Shown one piece after another: positions 31,801 through 39,870 of a stretch of 64,000 bases of DNA (position 1 is the stretch's first letter; each line of letters opens with the position of its first letter). Below the pieces are notes generated by a model. That model made no database searches. It was not told the DNA's origin and worked only from the letters and a program-made list of their open reading frames with translations. Both the position numbers and the translations under genes were made by a program. Source of the stretch: Candidatus Kapaibacterium sp. (lineage in GTDB: Bacteria; Bacteroidota; Ignavibacteria; Kapaibacteriales; UBA2268); contig OY762428.1 of the NCBI GenBank assembly GCA_963665665.1, forward strand, positions 64,001-128,000. Direction: 5' to 3'.

Positions 31801-32534
31801 GTAGTACTTTCATTATCCCAATTTGAGTTGTCATAATTAAAATCACCACCCGAAAAAATAATATTATCATCTTTATCCACCGCAATCCACCTGACTATAT
31901 AACCAGCAATTGCATTTTTTCGAAACAGAACGGAACCGTCTTCTTTATCCAAAATATAGTAATTATAATCTAAGGTAGCTTTAGGATCGGACCGAAGAAC
32001 AACCAGGTCATCATTGCTGTTAACAGCAATGATGAGTATTCCCAAGCCTAAATTCTGCGTCCAGGTAAAATTACCATCTTTATCAATTTTCATAATTCTG
32101 TTCTTACCCTCTAACCTGGCATAGATATTTCCCTCGCTGTCAGAAACGAGATAATTAAAAATTCGTTCGTTATCATAAGAAAAATTCCATATCAATTCTC
32201 CGTCAGAAGAATATTTTTCAATATGTTCTGATGAACTTACGATAATATTATCATAAGGATCAATTGTTAATGCTATCAAACCTCTGTCCTCAAAATTTAT
32301 TTCCCATATTAGTTTTGAGTCAGGGTCAAATTTAACTAACCTGTCGTAACTTACACCTGGCCCGTCAGCAATAAAATAGACATTATCTTTAGAGTCAAAA
32401 TCAATATCAGATACAACAATTCCTGAATAATAAGCAGCCCAGTCTAAGTGAATTGGGATACTGTCTCTTGTCTGGGAATTGGTTGAAGATATTGATATTA
32501 TAAAAACTAAAATAGATAGTATTAAAGCACGCAT
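28827..32534 (-). CDS. Secreted protein: beta-propeller (SBBP-like) head, tandem Ig-like (choice-of-anchor D-like) stalk, cohesin-like domain, T9SS-type C-terminal domain
   Basis: Start reassigned to MRALILSILVFIISISS (signal peptide); D.DGN..W repeats; several DFG.V...N.G...L.I units; C-terminus CPNPA...LSSGLYFLIL...KVVVE. Confidence 0.72.
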   Translation of the reverse strand: MRALILSILVFIISISSTNSQTRDSIPIHLDWAAYYSGIVVSDIDFDSKDNVYFIADGPGVSYDRLVKFDPDSKLIWEINFEDRGLIALTIDPYDNIIVSSSEHIEKYSSDGELIWNFSYDNERIFNYLVSDSEGNIYARLEGKNRIMKIDKDGNFTWTQNLGLGILIIAVNSNDDLVVLRSDPKATLDYNYYILDKEDGSVLFRKNAIAGYIVRWIAVDKDDNIIFSGGDFNYDNSNWDNESTTKMDKDGNIIYNIIHPPMSIFDVDPVHEFQINSVDQYGNAYVALLTLTSKEDNHDVLIKKIDPSGMILWEYQFGVNESNINDYAYSTKFKPPNTLCIGGNTPGKLEKYYSPVNTDYQVPGHPAFLAKFTVERINFEIYDKDIEEQFDTLDLGKICLGDTKTGFAAVKNFSDFGLHLKPPVFEDNEHFSGGYMRGDSLFWNDTLGVRIHVAPDKTGPIETMMYIYCNEDDAIMDSLLIKALVVEPGMEISNDIDFGYVKFGKRPEKTFTIHNTGTSDLYISDLNEFDLPFRITETDPAIPAVLIPGDSMIVTMTVQGTAEKEYFDTLSVETQKIGEACPIDGFVKLHTITLRYELAANDIDYGFVADCKTPLDTVRLVNCGGAPVKLLDEAYLKNKDDFEIVSATPLGTVLDFLDTAFYVIRFTPQAPDGLKTGELRIKTDHPEEGFRTVRLRGETESVNLTAENISFGNVGINRNSTLKCVLTNHNGFELTISEIIENHDWLEIQPQSFTIPAGEDYEIEATINLADAIDYSAWPQIIIQGPCPDTVAFRIDATGIKSSVEVTPICNYNETEFCQSKTMDIEIKNTGKLPLTLLSGEIQGTDKELFSFEDSYENIEIQPGNSIIEKVIFTPESSTNGPKTAQARNIILIDMVEVEFITELQGERYTILYEIPESVSVSARISENATEQIEIKNTGEYDFTIEEISLENAAEFSIAPDLTGRKINTGNSEMLTVSLFSGIAGDYDDKIYLKFAGPFCEYRDTIDISGIVKHENLIFFPETIGTIGDPDFRIPLMVSLNSTEDISGLSYTAEISLDAYLYDLTGIDNATILSNEKSGRERILSISGENISLSKGEQAIAELSGGLLLSDIRECELKINSFEWDSPYIDNSTQNGFLKVEEICIGDLRAISTFAIPGITACPNPATGQIEINLSGDISNPQSLEIYDSQGKLLREHPLNSKDKIKINIQELSSGLYFLILKTATGIYYDKVVVE

Positions 32535-32565
32535 AAAAACTCCGGGATAGTATGATTCTAAACTT

Positions 32566-32673
32566 GGATTAATAGGATGTATAGGATTAATAGGATTAAT
32601 AGGATGAACAGGATGAATTGGATTAATAGGATGTATAGGATGGACAGGATGAATAGGATTATTGGGATAATCA
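32566..32673 (+). repeat. Degenerate 9-bp tandem repeat (GGATTAATA/GGATGTATA/GGATGAACA), 12 units
   Basis: Read directly; reads as (P-I/V-H/N)n on the minus strand, upstream of the likely start of the 28827 gene. Confidence 0.9.
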
Positions 32674-32815
32674 ATCTTATTTTTTGTTGGATATGGCATA
32701 TTTTCATCCTCTCCTTTTTTATTCTTGTGATTTAGCTAATATAACAAATTATCCGGTATAAAGTTGCAGGGGTTTTGAATTATTATTTTCGGCCCTGTCT
32801 CAAACCCCTCAGAGC

Positions 32816-33180
32816 TGTCACTCTGAGCGCAGCGAAGAATCCATTCTTTATGATTTTCTGCTATTTTATATGGATTCTTCTGTCGCTTCGCTCCGTCAGA
32901 ATGACAACATCACCTGTCCCCCGCTGGCGCCGACGAGTCGGGAAAGGGCGGGGGTGGATTTCCGGAAAAATTCCCCTCGTGGAGGGGTGGCGAGCGCAGC
33001 GAGTCGGGGTGGTTTCTTTTTCTTAGCCTCCCTTATCCACGCGCTAAAGCACGTGGCTATTGAATTTGACGATTATAAGGCTGGAATTTCATCCTGTACG
33101 CCAGCGAAGAATCCATTCTTAATGCATTATCTAACTAAAGAAGATGGTTTCTTCGGTCGCTTCGCTCCGTCAGAATGACA
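32816..33180. repeat. Mosaic palindromic (REP-like) cluster C
   Basis: Two copies of the ~90-bp ...AGCGAAGAATCCAT...CGCTTCGCTCCGTCAGAATGACA hairpin flank the GTCCCCCGCTGGCG, CCCCTCGTGGAGGGG and TATCCACGCGCTAAAGCACGTGG modules. Confidence 0.8.
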
Positions 33181-33386
33181 ACATAATCGCCTCATTCTTT
33201 TGCTCAGTTTACCCGTTCTTCCACCCAAATGAACAGGCCGCCGGCCTTAATTCCCCAACCTGTGGTTTCAATGAACCGGATAATTTCCTTATTTCAATGC
33301 TGTTTTGAACCAGAATCCTGATGTTTGGGCTAAACGCTTTGTTGGCAGGGCTTTAAACTGCCTTTGCCGGTGGTATTGAACTACTG

Positions 33387-33848
33387 TTTGGCCTTAATGT
33401 AGTGAAATTTGGCCTTATTGAGGACTTGTTTAGCCTTATTGAGGACTTGGTTGATCTTACTGAACACTTGGTTGACCTTATTGAACACTTGGTTGATCTT
33501 ACTGAGGACTTGTTTGACCTTATTGAGGACTTGTTTGACCTTACTGAGGACTTGTTTGACCTTACTGAGGACTTGTTTGACTTTACTGAGGTCTTGTTTG
33601 GCCTTACTGAGGACTTGTTTAGCCTTACTGAGGACTTGTTTAGCCTTATTGAGGTCTTGTTTGGCCTTACTGAGGACTTGTTTGACCTTACTGAGGACTT
33701 GTTTGACCTTACTGAGGACTTGTTTGACTTTACTGAGGTCTTGTTTGGCCTTACTGAGGACTTGTTTAGCCTTACTGAGGACTTGTTTAGCCTTATTGAG
33801 GTCTTGTTTGGCCTTACTGAGGACTTGTTTGACCTTATTGAGGTTACT
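33387..33848 (+). repeat. 21-bp tandem array 1 (consensus TTTGACCTTACTGAGGACTTG), 22 units
   Basis: Units parsed by hand; units 8-14 are repeated exactly as units 15-21 (147-bp higher-order duplication). Confidence 0.95.
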
Positions 33849-34268
33849 CATTATCTTCAAACAAGGCATCATTATCTTCAAACAAGGCAGCAATGACTCC
33901 GACCAAGGCGTCAATGCCTTCAAACAAGGCATCAATGACTCCGACCAAGGCAGCAATAAAGCAAAACATTGCTGCAATAGCTTCAACCAAGAGTTCATTA
34001 TCTTCAACCAAGACGTCAATAACTTCGAACAAGGCATCAATGACTTCGACCAAGGCATCAATTAAGCAAAACATTGCTGCAATAGTGTCGACCAAGGCGT
34101 CAATAACTCCGACCAAGGCATCAATGACTTCGACCAAGGCGTCAATAACTTCGACCAAGGCATCAATGACTTCGACCAAGGCGTCAATAACTTCAACCAA
34201 GGCATCAATAAAGCAAAACATTGCTGCAATAGTGTCGAACAAGAGTTCATTATCACTGAACATCGGTG
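33849..34268 (+). repeat. 21-bp tandem array 2 (consensus CAATGACTTCGACCAAGGCAT), 20 units; diverged inverted relative of array 1
   Basis: Units parsed by hand; the variant CAAT(A/T)AAGCAAAACATTGCTG occurs three times. The array abuts array 1 with no spacer. Confidence 0.93.
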
Positions 34269-34517
34269 CATTGCCTCTGACCCCTCCCAAACCCTCCCCG
34301 AAGGGAGTATGTCTGGATAATTTAAATAATAGTGTATAATAGCTTAATATACTGGTATTATAAGGTATTATGTAATAATTTGTTTGTTTCAAAATCATGT
34401 TTTGGTTGTTAATAGTTGTTATAGTATACATCATTATGTTTAGATATATGTTTATATTAATTTGGATATATGGTTGGAATAATATATTTTTATCCAAACA
34501 GTTGTAATTTATTATCA

Positions 34518-35774
34518 ATGGAAAATATGAAAATTGCAGTAAAATTCAATCCTCAATATCCGAAAGCGGAGAAATCAAATATATTAGTTTCCGTTACCTG
34601 GGAGGGCAACAGGATACAGAAATCGATAGGGATTTCAGTAAAGAATAAGAATTGGGATAAAACAAGGGGTAAGGTTAAGTCCGGCGACAACAACGCGCTT
34701 GAATATAATATGTTCCTTGAGGGACTGAGCAGGGAAATTTCCAATTATTACTACAGATTGAAAAATGATAACATGATTGTCAGCCGGGAGATCATCAGGA
34801 ACAAAATTAAATCACTGCTGTCGCCGGAGATAACTGTTGATACTGAATTTAGTCTGAGCCTTGTCGAGACATTTAATTCATTCAAATTGGAAAGAGAGAA
34901 ATCCGGGAAATATTCGCAAAAAACTATTGAACATTATTCAAATTGCCAGAATTATCTGAGGAAATTTTCAGCTTATTTGGGACATACTTTATATTTCAGT
35001 ATGATCGATAAAAAATTTACTGATAAATTTATGGAATTTTTACTGAAGAAGCCGATGATGAGCAGCAGCGCAATTAAGATTCTTGTTGTTCTCAAGGTAT
35101 TTCTGAACGATTGTTATTCAAAAAAGATTGTTAAAAATATTGATTTCAGAGATTATATAAATCAAACAATCAAAGAAAACGGCGGGATAAAAGAAGCTCA
35201 AACCATCGTTATTGATGAAGAGGAATTACAAAAATTAGAGTATTTCAAATCTGAGGACAAGATCCTGATGGAAGTTAAACATCTCTTCCTGCTTCAGATC
35301 TATACAGGGCTTAGAGTATCAGACCTGATGCGCTTGAAGCCAGAAAACTTTAATCTGAAAGAAAAACTGATCTCAATAATGACAAAGAAAACAGCTGATT
35401 TTGTCACAATTCCATTGCACAGGAAAACAGAGTCAATATTGAGTAATTATCCAAATCTGCAATTGCCGAAAGTCAAACTAAAATGGTATAATGAAAAGAT
35501 ACGAGAAGTTTGCAAAATAGCAAAGATTGACAAACCGATTATTATAACAAAGTTTTACGGCAAGCGCCGAAAAGAAGAAACACATCCGAAATACGAGCTA
35601 ATCTCATCCCACACTGCCCGTAGGACATTTATCACTCTATCTCTGAAAAAAGGGCTGCTGCCGGAATACATCATGAAAATCACCGGCCATAGGAGCAGAG
35701 CGTCCTTTCAGAAATATGTACGAATAGTCCAGGAAGAGGCGATAAATGAAGTCCGCCGTGCCTGGGATGATTGA
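34518..35774 (+). CDS. Tyrosine recombinase/site-specific integrase (Bacteroidota type with arm-binding and SAM-like domains)
   Basis: N-terminal SIGISV...WDK arm domain; catalytic motifs TGLRVSD, KKT, SSHTARRTF, GHRS, KYV. The ORF is open from 34470; the ATG at 34518 is preferred. Confidence 0.92.
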   Translation: MENMKIAVKFNPQYPKAEKSNILVSVTWEGNRIQKSIGISVKNKNWDKTRGKVKSGDNNALEYNMFLEGLSREISNYYYRLKNDNMIVSREIIRNKIKSLLSPEITVDTEFSLSLVETFNSFKLEREKSGKYSQKTIEHYSNCQNYLRKFSAYLGHTLYFSMIDKKFTDKFMEFLLKKPMMSSSAIKILVVLKVFLNDCYSKKIVKNIDFRDYINQTIKENGGIKEAQTIVIDEEELQKLEYFKSEDKILMEVKHLFLLQIYTGLRVSDLMRLKPENFNLKEKLISIMTKKTADFVTIPLHRKTESILSNYPNLQLPKVKLKWYNEKIREVCKIAKIDKPIIITKFYGKRRKEETHPKYELISSHTARRTFITLSLKKGLLPEYIMKITGHRSRASFQKYVRIVQEEAINEVRRAWDD

Positions 35775-35914
35775 AATATTTTGAAAGGGTAAATCATGAA
35801 AAAAGAAAAGAGAAAATAATTGGTCGGTTACCGAGGATAATCCGCCGATTCCGGGATACTATTCTGGGGCATTACTGGAAGAAATATCATTATATTTTTA
35901 TAATAGTATAAAAA

Positions 35915-35946
35915 ATCCGGGCGATGGTATTTACATTAGCCCGGAT
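35915..35946 (-). terminator. Intrinsic terminator between the convergent integrase and cargo gene
   Basis: ATCCGGGC...GCCCGGAT stem with an A-run on its left, i.e. a U tail on the minus strand. Confidence 0.6.
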
Positions 35947-35958
35947 ATTGATATCAAT

Positions 35959-37080
35959 TTATTTTTTAATTACCAATGGCTTAACTTCGGTCTTTATCTT
36001 TTGAGTTGCAGAAATAATTGAGGAACGGACATAGTATAATCCGTTTGGAAAATCACTACTCTGTATTTTAATTTCTTCTCCGGGATTAATTTTTGAAGAA
36101 AATATCACCGAACCAAGCTGATTAACTATTTCAATTTTCCAAAAATCTGATAAAGATAAAATTGTCATGTTGGCTTTAATAAAAACATTCTCTTCGGCCG
36201 GATTGGGATAAAGAATAATTTCGGAATTGGAAATATTATCTCTAATTCCAGTATCCATTCCTGTAGAAAATTCAAATAATGCCGGCCAGTCGCTCTCCAT
36301 AATAGAATTTATTGCCTTCACACGCCAAAAGTATTGCTGCTCTTCTGCCATTCCGGAAAATGTAAAGATTGTACCGGAAAAATTTTCTTCAACAATTACA
36401 TTATTGAAATACGGATCTGTAGCAATTTGAATTTTGTAACTTTGTGCTTCAGGAACTTGTGTCCATTCAATAGCTGTTCCAGGCTCGATTTCAAAACTCA
36501 TATCAGCAGGAGCGATTAGTACAGGCGGAGTTAAGAACAAGGAATTAACAGCCATGCCGTAGGTATCCGAATAATTCCAGCAGGATGATGTTTCGCATAC
36601 TGCTTGCAATCTTTTTAATTCAGTATAAATAACTGTTTCCACTGCGTCAATTTTGATATTATCTTTCAAATCCTTGTTGATAATATCGAAATTAATAGTG
36701 CCAATAACAATCTTTTTATTAATATTCAGTTTGTTATCGGCAAGGAATATGTTAATTGCCGTCTTACCTGTTGAATATTTTGTCTGATTTACATAAACTC
36801 CGGCATCTGCTAACTCAGAGGAAATATTTGTTAATGATTTGAAGTTGAAGCTTTCTGGAGAAATTGCATCAACGTTGTACTGCAAAACTATTGTTGCCGC
36901 CGAAATATCCCAGTTGTTTTCATGATCGGTAATTTGCATTAACAAATCCGCTTTGAAAACATTATCTTCAACTCTCCTGTTCACAACCGATAGATATATC
37001 AGTTCGGATGAAAGAAGAGGCAGAGAATATAGGAAAACAATCAGAATTGTTAACAATTTAATAATATTTTTATTTTTCAT
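35959..37080 (-). CDS. Secreted protein: cohesin-like domain, FN3-like domain, T9SS-type C-terminal domain
   Basis: Signal peptide; ISAATIVLQYN...IGTINFDI beta-sandwich; W...A.SY.IQIATD..F...YFWRVKA.N..SDW FN3 pattern; LYPNPA...PNGLYYVR...LVIKK. Confidence 0.65.
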   Translation of the reverse strand: MKNKNIIKLLTILIVFLYSLPLLSSELIYLSVVNRRVEDNVFKADLLMQITDHENNWDISAATIVLQYNVDAISPESFNFKSLTNISSELADAGVYVNQTKYSTGKTAINIFLADNKLNINKKIVIGTINFDIINKDLKDNIKIDAVETVIYTELKRLQAVCETSSCWNYSDTYGMAVNSLFLTPPVLIAPADMSFEIEPGTAIEWTQVPEAQSYKIQIATDPYFNNVIVEENFSGTIFTFSGMAEEQQYFWRVKAINSIMESDWPALFEFSTGMDTGIRDNISNSEIILYPNPAEENVFIKANMTILSLSDFWKIEIVNQLGSVIFSSKINPGEEIKIQSSDFPNGLYYVRSSIISATQKIKTEVKPLVIKK

Positions 37081-37104
37081 TTTATTTCTTAATTATTTAA
37101 ACAT

Positions 37105-39636
37105 TTACGGTTCAGGTACAATTTCATTTAATGCTTTGCCGTTATTTCTGATAAAGATAATTCCATCGTCTGCATTGGTTTTCATATCCCAGTTGTAATC
37201 AGCAGCCCGCATAAACATTAATCCGTCCTGAATATGAACAGCATTTTCGCCACCGGCAGCCTTTGCAGGTGAATCCGTGAAATCGTAGGGTATAAGCCCG
37301 CGAGTCAGATGAATTCTGTCTGATGAAGCAAGTGCTAAATAACCGGCTGCTCTGACAACCAGCCAGTAATCGCCGTCTGGGATGTCGGTAAAATCAAAAA
37401 TCCTGATGCCGTCAGTTCCGCAGGTCGCAGTTTTCACAGAAGTAAGCGTGGAATTAATCAGTTCGTCCCCGCTACGGAGTTCGAGTGATATTGGAGCCGG
37501 AGCATGAGAATTATTTTTCCATAAGCCATCAAGGAGGACTTTCAGCTCGATAAGTTTTTCATCTCCGAGGTAAACGTCAGGCAGTTGTACTTTCATCAGA
37601 AATGCGTCGCCATTGCCTCCGCCATATTCAGTATCATTAGCACCATCGGTTGCTAGTTCTTTATTTTCAGTTTCTCCTGATACATAAACATTGTTATTGT
37701 TAATAACTGCGATTCTCTTTCCTTCGTCCCTCCAGTATCCGCCGTAATAAGAACCATAAAGAACATCGGTAGCGTCTGGATTAAGGCGTGCTATAAATAC
37801 ATCTTTTTTTGAACCTCTTTCTTGTTGAATTGCCTCTGCAGTTACCGGGAAGTCGTCGCCGTCTGCATATCCGGTAAGAAATATTGAACCATTCTCTCCA
37901 ATTTTCATATCAGTAGCTTCTCCCTCGGCAATAAAAGTTGAAAATATCAGGTCTGTGCCATCATTATTCATTTTTAGAACAAAGCTGGAATGCCCTGAAA
38001 ATTCTCTCTTAAAAGCACCTTCTGTTGTCGGGAAATCATCGGAATCAGTCCATCCTGCAGCATAAAGGCAACCTTCTTCGTCAATATGAATGGAGTATAT
38101 TGTTTCATTAGATCTTGTATCTTCATATCCGCCAATGAATGTTGAATATAACAACTGACTCAAATCCGGGTTTAATTTGCTGATGAAACAATCACCATAA
38201 GTACCGTCGTCCATAGTTTTCTTGAAAGCGTTTGCTGTTACCGGGTAATTGGATGACTCGGTGTCACCGGCAATATATATATTGCCGCTATTGTCAACTG
38301 TAATTGCTTCCGGGTGGTCTCTGTAAAAAGCATCTCCGCCTATCAATGTGGAATTGATTATTGCATTTCCTGCGGAATTCATTATAAGAATGAAAGCATC
38401 ACCATTTCCATTTATTTCTTTTTGAAAGGCATTGGCAGAAAGAGGGAAATCTTTCGAATTTGTTGAACCGGTTAAATAGATTTTGTCATTTTCATCAACG
38501 AAGATATCGAAACATCTGTCATAACCATTTGCTGCTATATAGGTTGAAAATAATAGAGACGATGCGTCATTAGTGAATTTTGTAAGGATAATATCATCAA
38601 CAGGTTCAGCTTCTGACTGATACGCACCATTAGTTATCGGATAATTGTCACTTTCAGTATGGCCTGAAATATAGATATTATCATCACTATCTATAGCTAT
38701 TCCTCTTGGATCCTCAGATTTATTACCTCCTATATAAGTGGAGAAAATTAACGATGCTCCGTCGGAAGCAAATTTTGTGATGCAGGCAGCCTTGCCGGTT
38801 TCTTCTGTCTGGTAAGGCCCGACTGTTACTGGATAATTTTCATAATTTGCCTGACAAAGAAGGACTGCTCGGTTATCGCTGTCGGTTGCCATATCAAACA
38901 GGTCATCATTTTTTTCAGTACCAAGGTATGTAAAGAAAATTAGCGGGTCAATTATCAACTGCCTTGATTTGTCGTAATCGGCGTTGAAACTAATTTCATT
39001 TGTCTCGTTAATAGAAATATCACATTTTACTTCTTCTATTTCACCGTTGATTTTCTGATAAGCAAATATATCTGAATGTTTGATTTCACCTATTGATGTT
39101 TTCAGAACAATTTGACCGTTTTCATCAATGTATTGTTCGTCTGCTCCGGTAAATTTAATATTTAATTCAGACAGATTGGCACCGGGGTTAACAATATAGT
39201 CATATCTCAGAGAATTATCCTGGAAATAATACCTGACATCAACGCCTTCGATAAAATCTTTCCTGACAATTTCTTTATATGCGGCAGCGTTTGAAACCCA
39301 TTTATCGGGGTTGTTACCGATAAAGAAATTGTAGCGGGAATTTGATTTCAATCTTTCATTGAAGTTGTTTGGAGTTGATTGGCCAAGAGCTTCCTGTTTG
39401 ATTACATTGCCCGAGATTTTACTATTTTCACCTTCGGATTTAATTTTGAAGTGATCATAAACAACTGCATTTTCCGTTAGCCAGGCACGTACACCTCCGG
39501 TCATGGCAAGGAATTTTACATTATCCGGCCATTGGCCTTTGTTTTCAATAAAAACAGCATTGTCAGCTGTTAATTGTATTCGGAACAAAAACAAAAACGA
39601 GAATATAACTAAAATTAACAGAGTGTAGCTTTTCAT
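37105..39636 (-). CDS. Secreted SBBP-repeat beta-propeller protein with C-terminal dockerin-like domain
   Basis: FIENKGQW and YDYIVNPGA N-terminal domain; repeated STYIGG...D....I.VD..GNIY..G.T.S..FP.T..A.Q; C-terminus LKVLLDG...YDFT...ADYNWDMKTNADD; no T9SS-type C-terminal domain. Confidence 0.72.
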   Translation of the reverse strand: MKSYTLLILVIFSFLFLFRIQLTADNAVFIENKGQWPDNVKFLAMTGGVRAWLTENAVVYDHFKIKSEGENSKISGNVIKQEALGQSTPNNFNERLKSNSRYNFFIGNNPDKWVSNAAAYKEIVRKDFIEGVDVRYYFQDNSLRYDYIVNPGANLSELNIKFTGADEQYIDENGQIVLKTSIGEIKHSDIFAYQKINGEIEEVKCDISINETNEISFNADYDKSRQLIIDPLIFFTYLGTEKNDDLFDMATDSDNRAVLLCQANYENYPVTVGPYQTEETGKAACITKFASDGASLIFSTYIGGNKSEDPRGIAIDSDDNIYISGHTESDNYPITNGAYQSEAEPVDDIILTKFTNDASSLLFSTYIAANGYDRCFDIFVDENDKIYLTGSTNSKDFPLSANAFQKEINGNGDAFILIMNSAGNAIINSTLIGGDAFYRDHPEAITVDNSGNIYIAGDTESSNYPVTANAFKKTMDDGTYGDCFISKLNPDLSQLLYSTFIGGYEDTRSNETIYSIHIDEEGCLYAAGWTDSDDFPTTEGAFKREFSGHSSFVLKMNNDGTDLIFSTFIAEGEATDMKIGENGSIFLTGYADGDDFPVTAEAIQQERGSKKDVFIARLNPDATDVLYGSYYGGYWRDEGKRIAVINNNNVYVSGETENKELATDGANDTEYGGGNGDAFLMKVQLPDVYLGDEKLIELKVLLDGLWKNNSHAPAPISLELRSGDELINSTLTSVKTATCGTDGIRIFDFTDIPDGDYWLVVRAAGYLALASSDRIHLTRGLIPYDFTDSPAKAAGGENAVHIQDGLMFMRAADYNWDMKTNADDGIIFIRNNGKALNEIVPEP

Positions 39637-39870
39637 AGAATTAACCTTATTAATGAATATTATATTTACTATATGAATTTATTAATAAATCCAAATAGCA
39701 AAATATTGTTTAACTCAATATAATATAAATGAATATAATAAACAAGGAAACTATAATGGCTTAATAGTTTCCAAAAAAAAATATTATTTTTTTTCATCAT
39801 TTTTTTTTTTTTAAATATTTCAATATATTTGCTAATAAATAGTTATTGATAATTTACCCTTAGGATAATC

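Noticed and set aside
28427-33178. Small ORFs within the palindromic clusters (28427..28895 and 32775..33178)
   Set aside because: They translate the repeat modules themselves.
33266-33300. GTTTCAAT/ATTTCAAT as the missing left half of the CRISPR repeat or a mini-array
   Set aside because: Only 8 nt match in AT-rich DNA, the spacing is not repeat-spacer-like, and similarity stops immediately.
33381-34518. Overlapping heptad-repeat ORFs over the 21-bp arrays called as genes
   Set aside because: Openness in many frames is expected for a stop-free 21-bp unit, and no frame is clearly favoured. Kept only as one hypothesis in the findings.
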